The position numbers were made by a program, and so were the translations under genes. A stretch of 64,000 bases of DNA from an uncultured virus (IMG/VR IMGVR_UViG_3300047458_000106). Lineage: Duplodnaviria; Heunggongvirae; Uroviricota; Caudoviricetes. The notes under the pieces were generated by a model. That model did not search any database. It was given only the letters and a program-made list of their open reading frames with translations, and was not told the DNA's origin. The DNA lies in IMG/VR virus record IMGVR_UViG_3300047458_000106; one strand, given 5' to 3'. Positions 48,050-58,322 of the stretch are shown here, in pieces. How positions within the stretch are numbered: position 1 is the stretch's first letter; the number at the start of each line of letters is the position of its first letter.

Positions 48050-49294
48050 ATGGCAATCAAAAACTTTTCACAATATTTAATTGAAGCAGAAAGAGAGGTG
48101 TTCTTCACATTTGGTAGAATGAATCCACCCACTATCGGACATGGTAAAGTTCTAGAAACGTTAGCAAAGAAATCTGGTAGAAATGACTATAAAGTTTTTA
48201 CCTCACAAGTATCTAATCCAAAGAAAGACCCACTATCTTACTCAGATAAAATAAAACATATGCGAAAAATGTTTCCAAAACATGGCAGAAGTATCATTAT
48301 TAATAAAAAGATAAGAACTGCCTTTGATGCGGTGACAGAACTATATGACCAAGGATATCGTAAAGTAAATATGATTGTTGGTTCTGATAGAGTTAGAGAG
48401 TTTGATACACTATTGAAAAAGTACAATGGTGTAAAAGGTAGACATGGTTTCTATAACTTTGAGTCAATCAATGTGTTATCTGCAGGTGAACGTGACCCAG
48501 ATGCTGAAGGAGTTGCTGGTATGTCTGCATCAAAACAAAGAGCAAATGCTCAAGAAAATGATTATACTGCATTCTCTCAAGGTGTACCAAAGAATATGAA
48601 TGATAAAGATACTCGTAAGTTATTTAACGATGTTCGTAAAGGTATGGGACTTAAAGAAGAGAAAAAGTTCAAACGTCATGTTGACCTTGGTAAATTAAAC
48701 GAACTTCGAGAAAACTATGTCAAAGGTAGTCTTTATGAAATAGGCGATACTGTTGTTATCAAAGAATCAGAAGAAGTTGGTATTATTACAGTATTAGGTT
48801 CTAATTATGTTATTATTGAAACAAATGATAAGAAAAAAGTACGTAAATGGTTAGATGCGATAGAACTTGTTGAAAAGAAACTAACACCAGCAGAACTTAA
48901 GAAAAGAGAAGAGATTGCTAAAGCAATAGAAAAAGATAACCCTAAAATGCCTATGGATAAGAAAATGGCAATTGCTACTGCTACTGCTAAACGTGTTGCA
49001 GAAAAGATTGTCGATGATGTTTCTACTATCATAGAAAAAGAAAAAGAAAAGGCAAGAGTTGCTCAAGATAAAGATGTCAAAGACAAGAAAGGTTCGCAAC
49101 CATCTGTTTACTATAAAGGCGTAGCAAAGAAAACAAAAAGTTCTAGAGCATCACATTTTGCTAAACATGGTAAGATGGACGATGATAATCCAGCGGCATA
49201 CAAAGATGCACCTGGGGATAAAAAAGCAAGAAAGAAAGGAACGAAACTTAGTAAACACACAAAATCATACAGACAAATGTTTGGAGATGACTAA
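48050..49294 (+). CDS. HIGH-class (cytidylyl/NMN-adenylyltransferase-like) nucleotidyltransferase with C-terminal extensions
   Basis: FGRMNPPTIGH, GSDR, MSASK. Confidence 0.8.
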   Translation: MAIKNFSQYLIEAEREVFFTFGRMNPPTIGHGKVLETLAKKSGRNDYKVFTSQVSNPKKDPLSYSDKIKHMRKMFPKHGRSIIINKKIRTAFDAVTELYDQGYRKVNMIVGSDRVREFDTLLKKYNGVKGRHGFYNFESINVLSAGERDPDAEGVAGMSASKQRANAQENDYTAFSQGVPKNMNDKDTRKLFNDVRKGMGLKEEKKFKRHVDLGKLNELRENYVKGSLYEIGDTVVIKESEEVGIITVLGSNYVIIETNDKKKVRKWLDAIELVEKKLTPAELKKREEIAKAIEKDNPKMPMDKKMAIATATAKRVAEKIVDDVSTIIEKEKEKARVAQDKDVKDKKGSQPSVYYKGVAKKTKSSRASHFAKHGKMDDDNPAAYKDAPGDKKARKKGTKLSKHTKSYRQMFGDD

Positions 49295-49310
49295 TAGTAT
49301 AAATAGAAAC

Positions 49311-49556
49311 ATGATATCTTTTAAAGAATATGCAGAAATAGAAGAAAGTTCGACTAAAGGTCTTCAAAACAAGGCATCAAAGTCTGGATTTGCATATAAA
49401 ACTTTAAAAAAAGTATTCGATAGAGGTGTTGCCGCATGGAGAACTGGTCACAGACCAGGGACAACTCCAGCACAATGGGGTATGGCGAGAGTTAATGCCT
49501 TTATTACTAAGAAAAAGAAAGGTATTAAATTAAATCACGACCAAGATTTAGGTTAG
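49311..49556 (+). CDS. Conserved small protein (DUF5824-like)
   Basis: RG.AAW.TGHRPG....WG.ARVN; TATAAATA 49298-49305. Confidence 0.7.
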   Translation: MISFKEYAEIEESSTKGLQNKASKSGFAYKTLKKVFDRGVAAWRTGHRPGTTPAQWGMARVNAFITKKKKGIKLNHDQDLG

Positions 49557-49565
49557 GAGAAAAAC

Positions 49566-49832
49566 ATGGCAAGATATATTCAAGTATTAGGTACAGAGGC
49601 CGCTTGTGGTACATCGACTGGAAATGGTAGTAATTTTGGTAATGCAGGATTAGTTCGCCTTCTCAATAGCACTGGTACTGCAAGATTAGTTACAGTTGAA
49701 ACTTCTGCAAACGTCACTATCGGAACTTTTACACTTGCTGGTAACCAAGAGATATACGTAAGAAAAGGTAAAACAGACGAGATATTTGCCGCGGCAACTA
49801 CAGTTCTTGGAGTTTCAGTAGCATTTAGATAG
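49566..49832 (+). CDS. Hypothetical virion-associated protein
   Basis: AGGAG SD; late cluster. Confidence 0.65.
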   Translation: MARYIQVLGTEAACGTSTGNGSNFGNAGLVRLLNSTGTARLVTVETSANVTIGTFTLAGNQEIYVRKGKTDEIFAAATTVLGVSVAFR

Positions 49833-49840
49833 GAGTATCA

Positions 49841-52258
49841 ATGAAGTTCAGAGACATATCTGAAAGAGTTAAAGGTGGTAAGTTAGACCCATTGTCTAAA
49901 ATGGGAAAACAAAAACTTACTGGGCAAGAAGTTGCAAGGTATTATAAAGATAATCCCAAAGCAAAACAGGCCGCTAGAGATAAAACAGTTAAAAAAGCAA
50001 TCGAACTTGCTCTTGATTTAGGTGGCGCTCAATCGTATGCAATAAAAGAAATAGAAAAACTTAAAAGAGGTCTTTCAAAAATGCCTGTTGTTCAACAAGC
50101 ACTTAGAACTGCAAACGAAGAAATGACAAGTACATCTTCTGTTGCAATGCCTGAAATACCTTTAGGTCGTAAACACAAAGTAATGAAAAGAAAAGAACTT
50201 GACGAAGTTACAAGACAAGAAGTTGATGCGATGAAAAAAGTTTCTAAAGACATGCAAAAAGTCTTAGTATCTTATCAGAAGGTTGCAAACATAGGTGATA
50301 AAGAACTCAAGAATACAATTCATAACAAAGATTACGAAAAAGTTTTAGATGCAAGAAATACAATCCTTAAGAAGATTGGAACTCTTAATACCAAAATGTT
50401 ATTGCAAAAAGAAGCAGTACTTGGACACGATTTTGGTACTAACCCATTCTCTAAAAAAGAAGCAGAACAGGCGAAAAAACTTGCTAGACAATATAGTGTA
50501 AAAGTAAAACCGCACAGAAACCCTAAGAGCAAAAATCATCTAGAGTTTCATGGTGGCACACGTAATTTACAAGCATTCTACAGAAATTTACAAATGATAA
50601 TGAACGAAAGTCTTGAAGAAAACAAAGAAAAGTTATCACCAGCAAAGGCGCAATATAAGAAATTTAATATAATAAGAACCAAACTCTATAGGTTTGTGAA
50701 GGCAAAAACTAAAGCACATAAATTTGCAATTGATGACCTAATGTTAATGACTTCTCCTAAAGTTATTGAAGGAATGTACAAACAAAATCCTCGAGGTTTT
50801 ACAAGAATGATGGATAAGATGTACCCCAACGAAAGAGAAAAAATGACCAAAATGGATTTTACTGTTCTGGGTGACTTTATTGATGCTAGAGGTAAAGTGA
50901 TAAAAGGACAAGGAGACAAAGTAGATGAAAGTACTTCACTTAATGAAGAGACAATACTTTACCGAGTTAAAGATATCAAAAAACCTGAACTGGACAAGTT
51001 TAAATCGTCTGCAAGGTTAATGAAGTTAAAAATAAACATTAAACAAAGTCCTAGAGGTAAAGAAACTATTATAAGACTGGAAGGTGGTAAGAAACAGATA
51101 AGAGATTTTGATGCAGTAGCAAGAGGTAAATCATCTTACGGAGACCCTTCTTTAGCAATGAAAGAAGAGTTTGACTTGAATGAAGAGTCTGCAACTATGA
51201 AGAAAGTTCGTCAAGTAGTTAAGAAGAAAGGCATGATGAACATTGATGGCATGAAACTTGACCTGACCACTGCAAGTATGATAGCATCTGTATATGACAA
51301 AGTTAATCCACAGAACAAAAAAAGAATGGACTCACTTAAATTACCACAACTTGTTAATCTTACAATGAAAGTTGCTGGTAAAGGCAAAATGAAAAAAGAA
51401 GATGCAGTTGAAAGAGCAAAAGAACTTGCTGACTTAAAAGCAAAACATAAAAGAGAAGTAGAGCAAGAAAAAGACGAAATTGCCGCAACTAAACAAACTA
51501 ACGAATCTTTGTGGAGAAACATACACAACAAGAGAAAAAGTGGTAAGAAGATGCGAAAACCTGGTGAGAAAGGCGCACCTACGGCACAAGATTTTAAAAA
51601 TGCTAGAGGTGAAGCAGTATCACCTGCACAACAGGCCGCAATCGCAATCTCTAAAAAAGAAAGAGGCGAGAAACCTAAGAATGAATGTGCAGATGAAAAA
51701 GACTTTAAACCACATAAAATGTATAAGGGTGATAAAGAAGTCATGGCAAATACATATGCTGACCATGTGAAGTATGACAAAATGGGTTACACTCACGAGA
51801 AACCTAAGAAAGAGGCATTAGATGCCAAAGACAAACCATTTGTCAAAGACTTAGTTAAAAAGTTAAGAGGTGGTTCTAAAACTCATGCAAAACAGGCAGA
51901 TGATTTAGAAAAAGCAATGAATACAGAATCTATGTCTCGTGCAAGACGTGATGCAATGAGAGATATGGGCACACGTAAAGACAGAGACGATGATGGTAAC
52001 CCTGTAGCAACTGCAGATGACAGAAAGGCCGCAGATAAAAATGTTGTTATGCAAATAAGAAGAGTTACAGATTTAAGTAAACCTGCACAAATAGAATTAC
52101 GAAATGGTAAAAAAGTAATGCTGAAACCAGCAGATGCTAAAATGATGATGAAAAAGTTTGATGCAATTCGTAAACCACAAGACAGACTTAAAGTTCAAAA
52201 TGCAATGAACGATAAGAAAATGACAGTTCAAGGTTTAAAAAGATTACTCGGAAAATAA
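49841..52258 (+). CDS. Large Lys-rich modular protein, putative head-internal polyprotein
   Basis: Basic modules separated by LDE/LEE/LNEE/MKEE/TNES motifs. Confidence 0.65.
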   Translation: MKFRDISERVKGGKLDPLSKMGKQKLTGQEVARYYKDNPKAKQAARDKTVKKAIELALDLGGAQSYAIKEIEKLKRGLSKMPVVQQALRTANEEMTSTSSVAMPEIPLGRKHKVMKRKELDEVTRQEVDAMKKVSKDMQKVLVSYQKVANIGDKELKNTIHNKDYEKVLDARNTILKKIGTLNTKMLLQKEAVLGHDFGTNPFSKKEAEQAKKLARQYSVKVKPHRNPKSKNHLEFHGGTRNLQAFYRNLQMIMNESLEENKEKLSPAKAQYKKFNIIRTKLYRFVKAKTKAHKFAIDDLMLMTSPKVIEGMYKQNPRGFTRMMDKMYPNEREKMTKMDFTVLGDFIDARGKVIKGQGDKVDESTSLNEETILYRVKDIKKPELDKFKSSARLMKLKINIKQSPRGKETIIRLEGGKKQIRDFDAVARGKSSYGDPSLAMKEEFDLNEESATMKKVRQVVKKKGMMNIDGMKLDLTTASMIASVYDKVNPQNKKRMDSLKLPQLVNLTMKVAGKGKMKKEDAVERAKELADLKAKHKREVEQEKDEIAATKQTNESLWRNIHNKRKSGKKMRKPGEKGAPTAQDFKNARGEAVSPAQQAAIAISKKERGEKPKNECADEKDFKPHKMYKGDKEVMANTYADHVKYDKMGYTHEKPKKEALDAKDKPFVKDLVKKLRGGSKTHAKQADDLEKAMNTESMSRARRDAMRDMGTRKDRDDDGNPVATADDRKAADKNVVMQIRRVTDLSKPAQIELRNGKKVMLKPADAKMMMKKFDAIRKPQDRLKVQNAMNDKKMTVQGLKRLLGK

Positions 52259-52259
52259 A

Positions 52260-52469
52260 ATGAAAACTTTTGCTCAACACAGTAAAGAACTTGAAGAAGC
52301 ACCACTGATTCAAGACCAAATACCTGCAGTAAAATCTATGGCAACTAAATTAGTAAATCTATTAACAAAAGAAAACTCTAAAAGAAGAATTCAACTAATG
52401 ACTCAAGTAGGAAGAGCAGTTGGTATTAAAGTAAAAGAATTACCGAATGGGAAAATAGAATTACGTTAA
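52260..52469 (+). CDS. Small protein with capsid-targeting-like N-terminus
   Basis: MKTFAQHSKELEE. Confidence 0.65.
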   Translation: MKTFAQHSKELEEAPLIQDQIPAVKSMATKLVNLLTKENSKRRIQLMTQVGRAVGIKVKELPNGKIELR

Positions 52470-52484
52470 GAATAAATACTTTTC

Positions 52485-53276
52485 GTGAAGCGACATAAAT
52501 TATTAAATATACATTATTTAGGTGGAAATGGTGGCGAGTTTTTAGCATCATATCTACAACACCACCGTGAATTCAATCAACACGAAACTGACCAAATGGA
52601 TAGTATTACTAAATACGAATTCAAAAGAGACAGATTCGACCATGCATCACATATCTATTTAGGTTTAGGTACTCACAAATGTCTTGCTCATTATAGTCCT
52701 AGAAAATTTCTTCAAGAACTTTGGAAAACTTCAAACGATAAATGGACATTACGTATTGACCATGGTTATGGATATACAGTACAAGAAGAACAATGGATAA
52801 AAGGATTGTATGAAGATTGGAATGTATCTAAGACTATTATTTTAAATACAACAGAACTTGAAGGTTCAAAGTTTTGTCGAGACTTAGCACAAATAAAAGT
52901 TTTTGGTAAAGGCACTCATACTATGTCTGAAACTGCAGAATTTAATCAACCAAAAGCATATGCAGTTAATAGATTAGCACCACTACTTCAAGAGTTTAGT
53001 GGTTTTGATTTAGGCGATATCTGGGAAACTCCATTAGAATTCAATGAATTTGCTACACAACGATATAAAGACTTGATACCAGAACCTCATGACTGGTTGC
53101 ATGTAGACCCAATGAGACTACTTCATACGAAAGATGAACAAGAAAGAGAAGAACAATTAATAAGAATTTTTGATTATTTAGGGTTTGATTATTCAATAGT
53201 TGATTTAGGTATGTTATTATGTGAAAAATACATGCAAGATAATATAAAATTACATAAAAAAAGAGGTTTTTCCTAA
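52485..53276 (+). CDS. Hypothetical protein
   Basis: 263-aa ORF, GTG start; Y.GG.GGEFL. Confidence 0.65.
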   Translation: MKRHKLLNIHYLGGNGGEFLASYLQHHREFNQHETDQMDSITKYEFKRDRFDHASHIYLGLGTHKCLAHYSPRKFLQELWKTSNDKWTLRIDHGYGYTVQEEQWIKGLYEDWNVSKTIILNTTELEGSKFCRDLAQIKVFGKGTHTMSETAEFNQPKAYAVNRLAPLLQEFSGFDLGDIWETPLEFNEFATQRYKDLIPEPHDWLHVDPMRLLHTKDEQEREEQLIRIFDYLGFDYSIVDLGMLLCEKYMQDNIKLHKKRGFS

Positions 53277-53341
53277 TAAGACTTAAGGTCTAGAAAGTAA
53301 TTTGTATAAATAAAAGTATAATTTTACTATAATGGGAAAAT

Positions 53342-53638
53342 ATGGCCGTAAGGGAAACACAATCTACTCGATTGGATAGAATCGAAGATAAAATCGACAA
53401 ACTATCTGATGCTATAATCTCACTTGCAAGAGTAGAAGAGAAGATTGCCAGTATGGAAAAACAGTTAGAAAATGGGCATGATAGAATGAATAATCATGGC
53501 ATAAAACTTGATGCAATAGAGTCTCAAGTTACCTCAAATGCTCAAACTGTTTCAGTAATACATCGTGTTTTTTGGATAGTAATAGTTTCTTGTGCAACAG
53601 TTGTTGCTAGTGTAGTAGGCAACATGCTTTGGGGATAA
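53342..53638 (+). CDS. Coiled-coil protein with C-terminal TM helix
   Basis: RLDRIEDKIDKL...; TATAAATA 53305-53312. Confidence 0.7.
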   Translation: MAVRETQSTRLDRIEDKIDKLSDAIISLARVEEKIASMEKQLENGHDRMNNHGIKLDAIESQVTSNAQTVSVIHRVFWIVIVSCATVVASVVGNMLWG

Positions 53639-53641
53639 AAA

Positions 53642-55090
53642 ATGGTAGACGTAAACAAAAATATTAAAAATGCATACTTAAGTATGTATGAACAAAAAGA
53701 AGAAGTTCTTGATGAAACAAACAAGAACGATAAGTCAGACGATGGCGATGGGTTAGATGCAGTTCAACCTAAAGCAGTTAAGAAAAAGTTTGACGATAGA
53801 AAAGACAAAGACATTGATAACGATGGCGATGTTGATTCTTCTGACAAATATCTCCACAAAAGAAGAAAAGCAGTATCTAAAGAAATCGAAAAAGAAGGTA
53901 ATGCATTTAGTAAAGCATTGATGGCCGCTAAAGAGAAAGGTGAGAAAACATTTAAAGTTGGCGACAAAGAATACAATGTTCAATCAGAACTAAACAAACT
54001 TCAAAAAGAATCATTTACTTTAGATGACATTCGTGAAATGTGTCACTCTAAAGACCACGATTGTGCAACTTACGTTGACCACCCAGAGTTTGGTCTTGGT
54101 AAACCAGTATATGAATCTCATGCGATACCAAACGATGACGGTTCTGTTGACTGGTATGACGTTGAGTTTGCTCATGGTATCGAAAGAGAAGTTCCTGCAG
54201 AAGACATGCAAATTCTTCAAACAGAAGCACACAAAGAAAAAGTCCACAAAGATGATGAAAAAATGATTAAGAGTCAAAAGAAAAAAATGAAAGAAGAGGA
54301 CGAAGAAGAAGAAGAACCAAAAATGATGGACTCAGATGAAAACCCAATGAAGAAGAAAAAGAAAGTCATGGTGCCTGATGCAGACAAACCTAGCGAAGAT
54401 GATGCAGAAGAAGACAAACCAAAAGTTGGTGTAGAAAAACCTGAAGACAAAAAGAAAAAGAAAACTTCTGGTAATTCTGGTGAGAAAGAAGCAGAAATCT
54501 CTAAAATTGGCGAACAAGTATCAGAGTTCACTAATCTTTTAAATGAACTAATGGCAGTTGATGCAGTTGGTAAAAAGAAAAAAGATAAAGATGGTTCTGA
54601 ACCAGACGAAAGAGACGAGAACAACCCAGAAGGTGAAAAAGACTTTGTAGATGCACATGGTAAAAAAGATGTAGTCGTTGATGGTGAGAAAGCAATAGAC
54701 GATACTTCTAAAACTGCTAAAGACACTAAACAAGGTAAACACGTCAAACAACAACAAGCAAAAGGCGACTCTAAACCTATTAAATCTACCGAAGCACCTG
54801 TTAAAGGTGAAAAAGAACCTAAAGAAGGTGAAGGTAAGAAATCAGTTAAAACTGAAAATACTCTTATGGACTTAGCACTTAAGGCATTATCAGGTAAAAA
54901 CATTCCTGAAATGAAGAAGATAGTTGCTAGTGCTAAAGAAGAAAATAAGAACCCTTTTGATGCACGAACTAAAGATGCTAAATCATTTTTAGAAAGAATG
55001 GCAAAAAGAAAGAATGGTGATAAAGGTACAAGTCAACAATATAAAGACAATGACCCGAAAGATTTACCAATGATTAAAGGAGAAAAGTAA
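53642..55090 (+). CDS. Large charged low-complexity protein with DxDxDG motif
   Basis: DKDIDNDGDVDSSDKYLHKRRKA. Confidence 0.7.
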   Translation: MVDVNKNIKNAYLSMYEQKEEVLDETNKNDKSDDGDGLDAVQPKAVKKKFDDRKDKDIDNDGDVDSSDKYLHKRRKAVSKEIEKEGNAFSKALMAAKEKGEKTFKVGDKEYNVQSELNKLQKESFTLDDIREMCHSKDHDCATYVDHPEFGLGKPVYESHAIPNDDGSVDWYDVEFAHGIEREVPAEDMQILQTEAHKEKVHKDDEKMIKSQKKKMKEEDEEEEEPKMMDSDENPMKKKKKVMVPDADKPSEDDAEEDKPKVGVEKPEDKKKKKTSGNSGEKEAEISKIGEQVSEFTNLLNELMAVDAVGKKKKDKDGSEPDERDENNPEGEKDFVDAHGKKDVVVDGEKAIDDTSKTAKDTKQGKHVKQQQAKGDSKPIKSTEAPVKGEKEPKEGEGKKSVKTENTLMDLALKALSGKNIPEMKKIVASAKEENKNPFDARTKDAKSFLERMAKRKNGDKGTSQQYKDNDPKDLPMIKGEK

Positions 55091-55392
55091 TGGCAAAATT
55101 AGTTGCACCTCCATGGTGTGAAAATGCAGTACCTACTGCTAATGGTTGGGAAGACCCAGACACTGGTGAATTATACGTAAGTGGTGGATTTACTCAAGAG
55201 CAAATCGATGAATTCTTCGGTGCTAAACCTAAAAAAGCACAAGTGTTAACAGAAGCACCTGCTAATAATAAAGGTTTAGACCAAATGAATAAGTTAGAAC
55301 TTGAATCACTTGCTAGAGAAAAAGGTGTTGAGTTAGATAGAAGAAAATCAAAAGCAACACTATTACAGACTGTAAAAGAACTTTTTAGTTAA
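55090..55392 (+). CDS. Hypothetical protein with C-terminal HeH/Rho-N-like helices
   Basis: L..M.K.ELE..ARE.GVELDRR.SK..L. Confidence 0.65.
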   Translation: MAKLVAPPWCENAVPTANGWEDPDTGELYVSGGFTQEQIDEFFGAKPKKAQVLTEAPANNKGLDQMNKLELESLAREKGVELDRRKSKATLLQTVKELFS

Positions 55393-55417
55393 GAATCGAT
55401 ATACATAATAGTATATC

Positions 55418-55774
55418 ATGAAGTTAACGAAAGATAATCTATTAGTATATGCCGCTCAGAACTACTATAATCCAAAGTGTATTGACACAGACGATTTTCT
55501 TGAAGACTTAAAACGTTTTAAATACATCAAACGATTACTCAATCGTTATCGAGATAGTGGTGTTCTTTCTGAACGACTTATACTAAATCACTTAATTATA
55601 ATCTTTAATGTCTTTGACATTGAAGCAGGTCTTAATATTTTAGAACTGAAACTAGAAGTAGAATATTGGCCAGTTATCAAACCATTTCTTATTTTTCTCA
55701 AGACAATCAAAAATGACGAATATACAAACATAGATATGGATAAAAATGTTGTCGAAAAACTTCGGGAGATATAA
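55418..55774 (+). CDS. Conserved T4-like hypothetical protein
   Basis: YYNP.C, F.EDLKRFKYIKRL, ERLILNH. Confidence 0.75.
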   Translation: MKLTKDNLLVYAAQNYYNPKCIDTDDFLEDLKRFKYIKRLLNRYRDSGVLSERLILNHLIIIFNVFDIEAGLNILELKLEVEYWPVIKPFLIFLKTIKNDEYTNIDMDKNVVEKLREI

Positions 55775-55782
55775 ATAGAGTT

Positions 55783-56388
55783 ATGGGAATTCTAAAATCT
55801 GCCGCAGACCTGGTATATACACTTCGATTTTTAAAGTTGTTGACTACACCTTTTGAAAAGTTAGGTGCATATGAGATTGGTCTCATTGACAAAGATGGTG
55901 TGGTAGATAAGAAAAGAAAAGCAGAACTTAAATTAACAATGGATGGTAGAATGGATTTGTCTACTCATTACACTACATTTCTACGTCTTGTTATTAGATT
56001 AAAATCATTATTAGCAAAAATACCTGGTGGTAAATCATTTGTTGCAAGATATGGTGCCGCACTAGCACTTATCAAAGAACATGGCGAACTATCAGATAAG
56101 AATCTACTTAAGATTCACGAAGCAACAGGTATTGATATTCTAGATGTCCTTGCAGAAGATACACAATGGTTTATGTTAGAAGACAAACAATTATCTCCTG
56201 GTGTCTATAGAATGAAACATGAGAGTATGACTTGCATTTATACTGACACATATAAAGATGATAAAATAAGAATTCTTGAAGAAGAATCAACTCCTGTAGA
56301 CGAAGTTTTAGGACTTGACATATATTCTGCAATTCACTTGCCAAGCAATCAAAAAATGTATGTGACTACAGGAGATATAACTAAGTGA
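55783..56388 (+). CDS. Conserved hypothetical late protein
   Basis: TATAAATA 55770-55777; RFLKLLTTPF...GLIDKDG. Confidence 0.72.
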   Translation: MGILKSAADLVYTLRFLKLLTTPFEKLGAYEIGLIDKDGVVDKKRKAELKLTMDGRMDLSTHYTTFLRLVIRLKSLLAKIPGGKSFVARYGAALALIKEHGELSDKNLLKIHEATGIDILDVLAEDTQWFMLEDKQLSPGVYRMKHESMTCIYTDTYKDDKIRILEEESTPVDEVLGLDIYSAIHLPSNQKMYVTTGDITK

Positions 56389-57407
56389 GATTTAATACTT
56401 ACGTACAAACTCAAGAACTAACAGAAGGCACATTCTTGTTTGAACAACAAGTTAATCGTGAACTTGCTGAATGCACATACGAAGACTGGTGTATATTACT
56501 AGAAGACGAACAGAAACCTTGGTGGCAAGACAAAGGTGAAAAGTTTCAACAAGATTATATTAAAAAGAATCCACAATCTGATACTGCAAAAGCAATGCGG
56601 TCTTATCTGTCAACTAAAGAAAAACCCACTACTGATACTGATACTGATACTGATAAAAATGTTGATGTCAAAACAAGTTCTACAGATGCAGATGAACCGA
56701 GTAAAGATAGATATAACGAACCTCTCAGTAAACACCCAACATTAAAGAAAGCACTTACTAGTGAAGTAAATGAGATTACAAAAGATTTAGGTGTGGCACG
56801 AGACGAACTTGTAAATGCAATCAAAGAAAAAAGTGTCTTTAAAGCAGTTAAGGCAGTTGGTATGGGTGGTGGTAAAGTCGCACTTGATGGTCTTAAAACA
56901 GTAGATACTGCAGTAAACTTTGCGGCAGATAAAGTAGCGGCCACACAAATGGTACAAGGATTACAAAAAGGTACAATAAAAGTTGACGAGTTTCTTAACA
57001 AATACCCTAAATTAAAAAAAGTTGCTGGTGTAGGAATAGCAGGGTTTTTAACATATCAATGGTTACAAATGTCATTCTCAGGTAACTTAGATAGTGATTA
57101 TGACTTGTCAAATATACCAGAAGCAATCGCTGGTAATATAGGATTCACAGAAGTATTGGCAACACCTGCTGGCATTAAAGGTATGGGTCTACTGGCCGCA
57201 GGTGTTGCCACAGGTGGTATGACAACTATTTGGGCAGGTGGTAGAAGAGGTTTGATGATGGCCGCGGCATACACTGGTGCCAAGAAAGCAGGTAATACTA
57301 ATCTAGCAAATAAGTTGTTTGGAAAGATGCGACAAATGGTGAAAGGTGATGCTGGAGATTTAGACAACAAAGACAGAGAACCTGAAGAACCAGTAAAAGA
57401 TAAATAG
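56385..57407 (+). CDS. Hypothetical protein with Gly/Ala-rich hydrophobic C-terminus
   Basis: 340 aa, GTG start overlapping the upstream stop. Confidence 0.68.
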   Translation: MRFNTYVQTQELTEGTFLFEQQVNRELAECTYEDWCILLEDEQKPWWQDKGEKFQQDYIKKNPQSDTAKAMRSYLSTKEKPTTDTDTDTDKNVDVKTSSTDADEPSKDRYNEPLSKHPTLKKALTSEVNEITKDLGVARDELVNAIKEKSVFKAVKAVGMGGGKVALDGLKTVDTAVNFAADKVAATQMVQGLQKGTIKVDEFLNKYPKLKKVAGVGIAGFLTYQWLQMSFSGNLDSDYDLSNIPEAIAGNIGFTEVLATPAGIKGMGLLAAGVATGGMTTIWAGGRRGLMMAAAYTGAKKAGNTNLANKLFGKMRQMVKGDAGDLDNKDREPEEPVKDK

Positions 57408-57411
57408 AACT

Positions 57412-57717
57412 ATGAAGAAATGCAATTGTGAAGACTTACTACAAGAGGCCGCAGAGTATCAAGGTAGAAAAGTCACATTAAACAACCCAACTAGGTCTAG
57501 CGATGGCAAGAAAAAGTTCTATGTCTATGTCAAGAACGAGAAGGGTAATGTTATTAAATTAGGTTTTGGTGACCCAAATATGGAAATCAAACGTGATGAC
57601 CCAGCGAGAAGAAAATCTTTTAGAGCAAGACACAATTGCGACAACCCTGGACCTAAATGGAAAGCACGATATTGGTCATGTTATCAGTGGAGAGCAAGTG
57701 CAAAAGTTGACAATTAA
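57412..57717 (+). CDS. Conserved small basic protein
   Basis: FGDP.M, RRKSFRARHNC, ARYWSC. Confidence 0.72.
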   Translation: MKKCNCEDLLQEAAEYQGRKVTLNNPTRSSDGKKKFYVYVKNEKGNVIKLGFGDPNMEIKRDDPARRKSFRARHNCDNPGPKWKARYWSCYQWRASAKVDN

Positions 57718-57759
57718 ACTCTAAAGTTTTAATTGTATATATAAGAATAGGAGAAAATT

Positions 57760-58257
57760 ATGTTGAGTTTATTAGGTAGTTTATTAGGTTTCGGTGGGTC
57801 CATAATCCCAGGTATATTAGACAGTTTCAAAGAAAAATCAGACCAAAAATTCGAACTCAAAAAGTTAGAAGTCCAAGCAAAAATACAATCAGAACAACTT
57901 CAAGTTCAAGCAAAACTCCAAAAAGAATTAGGTAAAGCAACACTTAATTTATTCGAAGCACAAGCAAAAGATAAAGAACACGAAAGATTAATTCAACACG
58001 ATATGGTGTTGCAACAAGGTACAGGATTTATAGGTGGATTAGCGAGGTCAGTACGACCAATCATTACATATGCATTCTTTCTTTTATTCGCAGTTATAGA
58101 AGGTACACTTCTTTATGGCGCAATACAGGCGGGAACAGACTTTCAAGAAGCAATCAATATATTGTGGGACGAAGATACAAAGGCAATCTTTGCGGCAATA
58201 ATATCATTCTGGTTTGGGTCTAGAGCAATCGACAAGAATCGTAAAGCGAAGAAATAA
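57760..58257 (+). CDS. Holin-like membrane protein (3TM/GTA-holin type)
   Basis: SVRPIITY, TM helices, C-terminal FWFGSR. Confidence 0.7.
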   Translation: MLSLLGSLLGFGGSIIPGILDSFKEKSDQKFELKKLEVQAKIQSEQLQVQAKLQKELGKATLNLFEAQAKDKEHERLIQHDMVLQQGTGFIGGLARSVRPIITYAFFLLFAVIEGTLLYGAIQAGTDFQEAINILWDEDTKAIFAAIISFWFGSRAIDKNRKAKK

Positions 58258-58322
58258 TCATTGACAATACTTTCTAAGTAGAGTATAATAGTCCACTTTA
58301 ACTTCACATACAAGGAGAAGAC

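Noticed and set aside
50332..54903. Many antisense ORFs of 60 aa or more opposite Lys/Glu-rich genes
   Set aside because: Shadow frames produced by codon bias.
56631..56654. (ACTGAT)x4 tandem repeat
   Set aside because: In-frame Thr-Asp linker; not a phase-variation tract.
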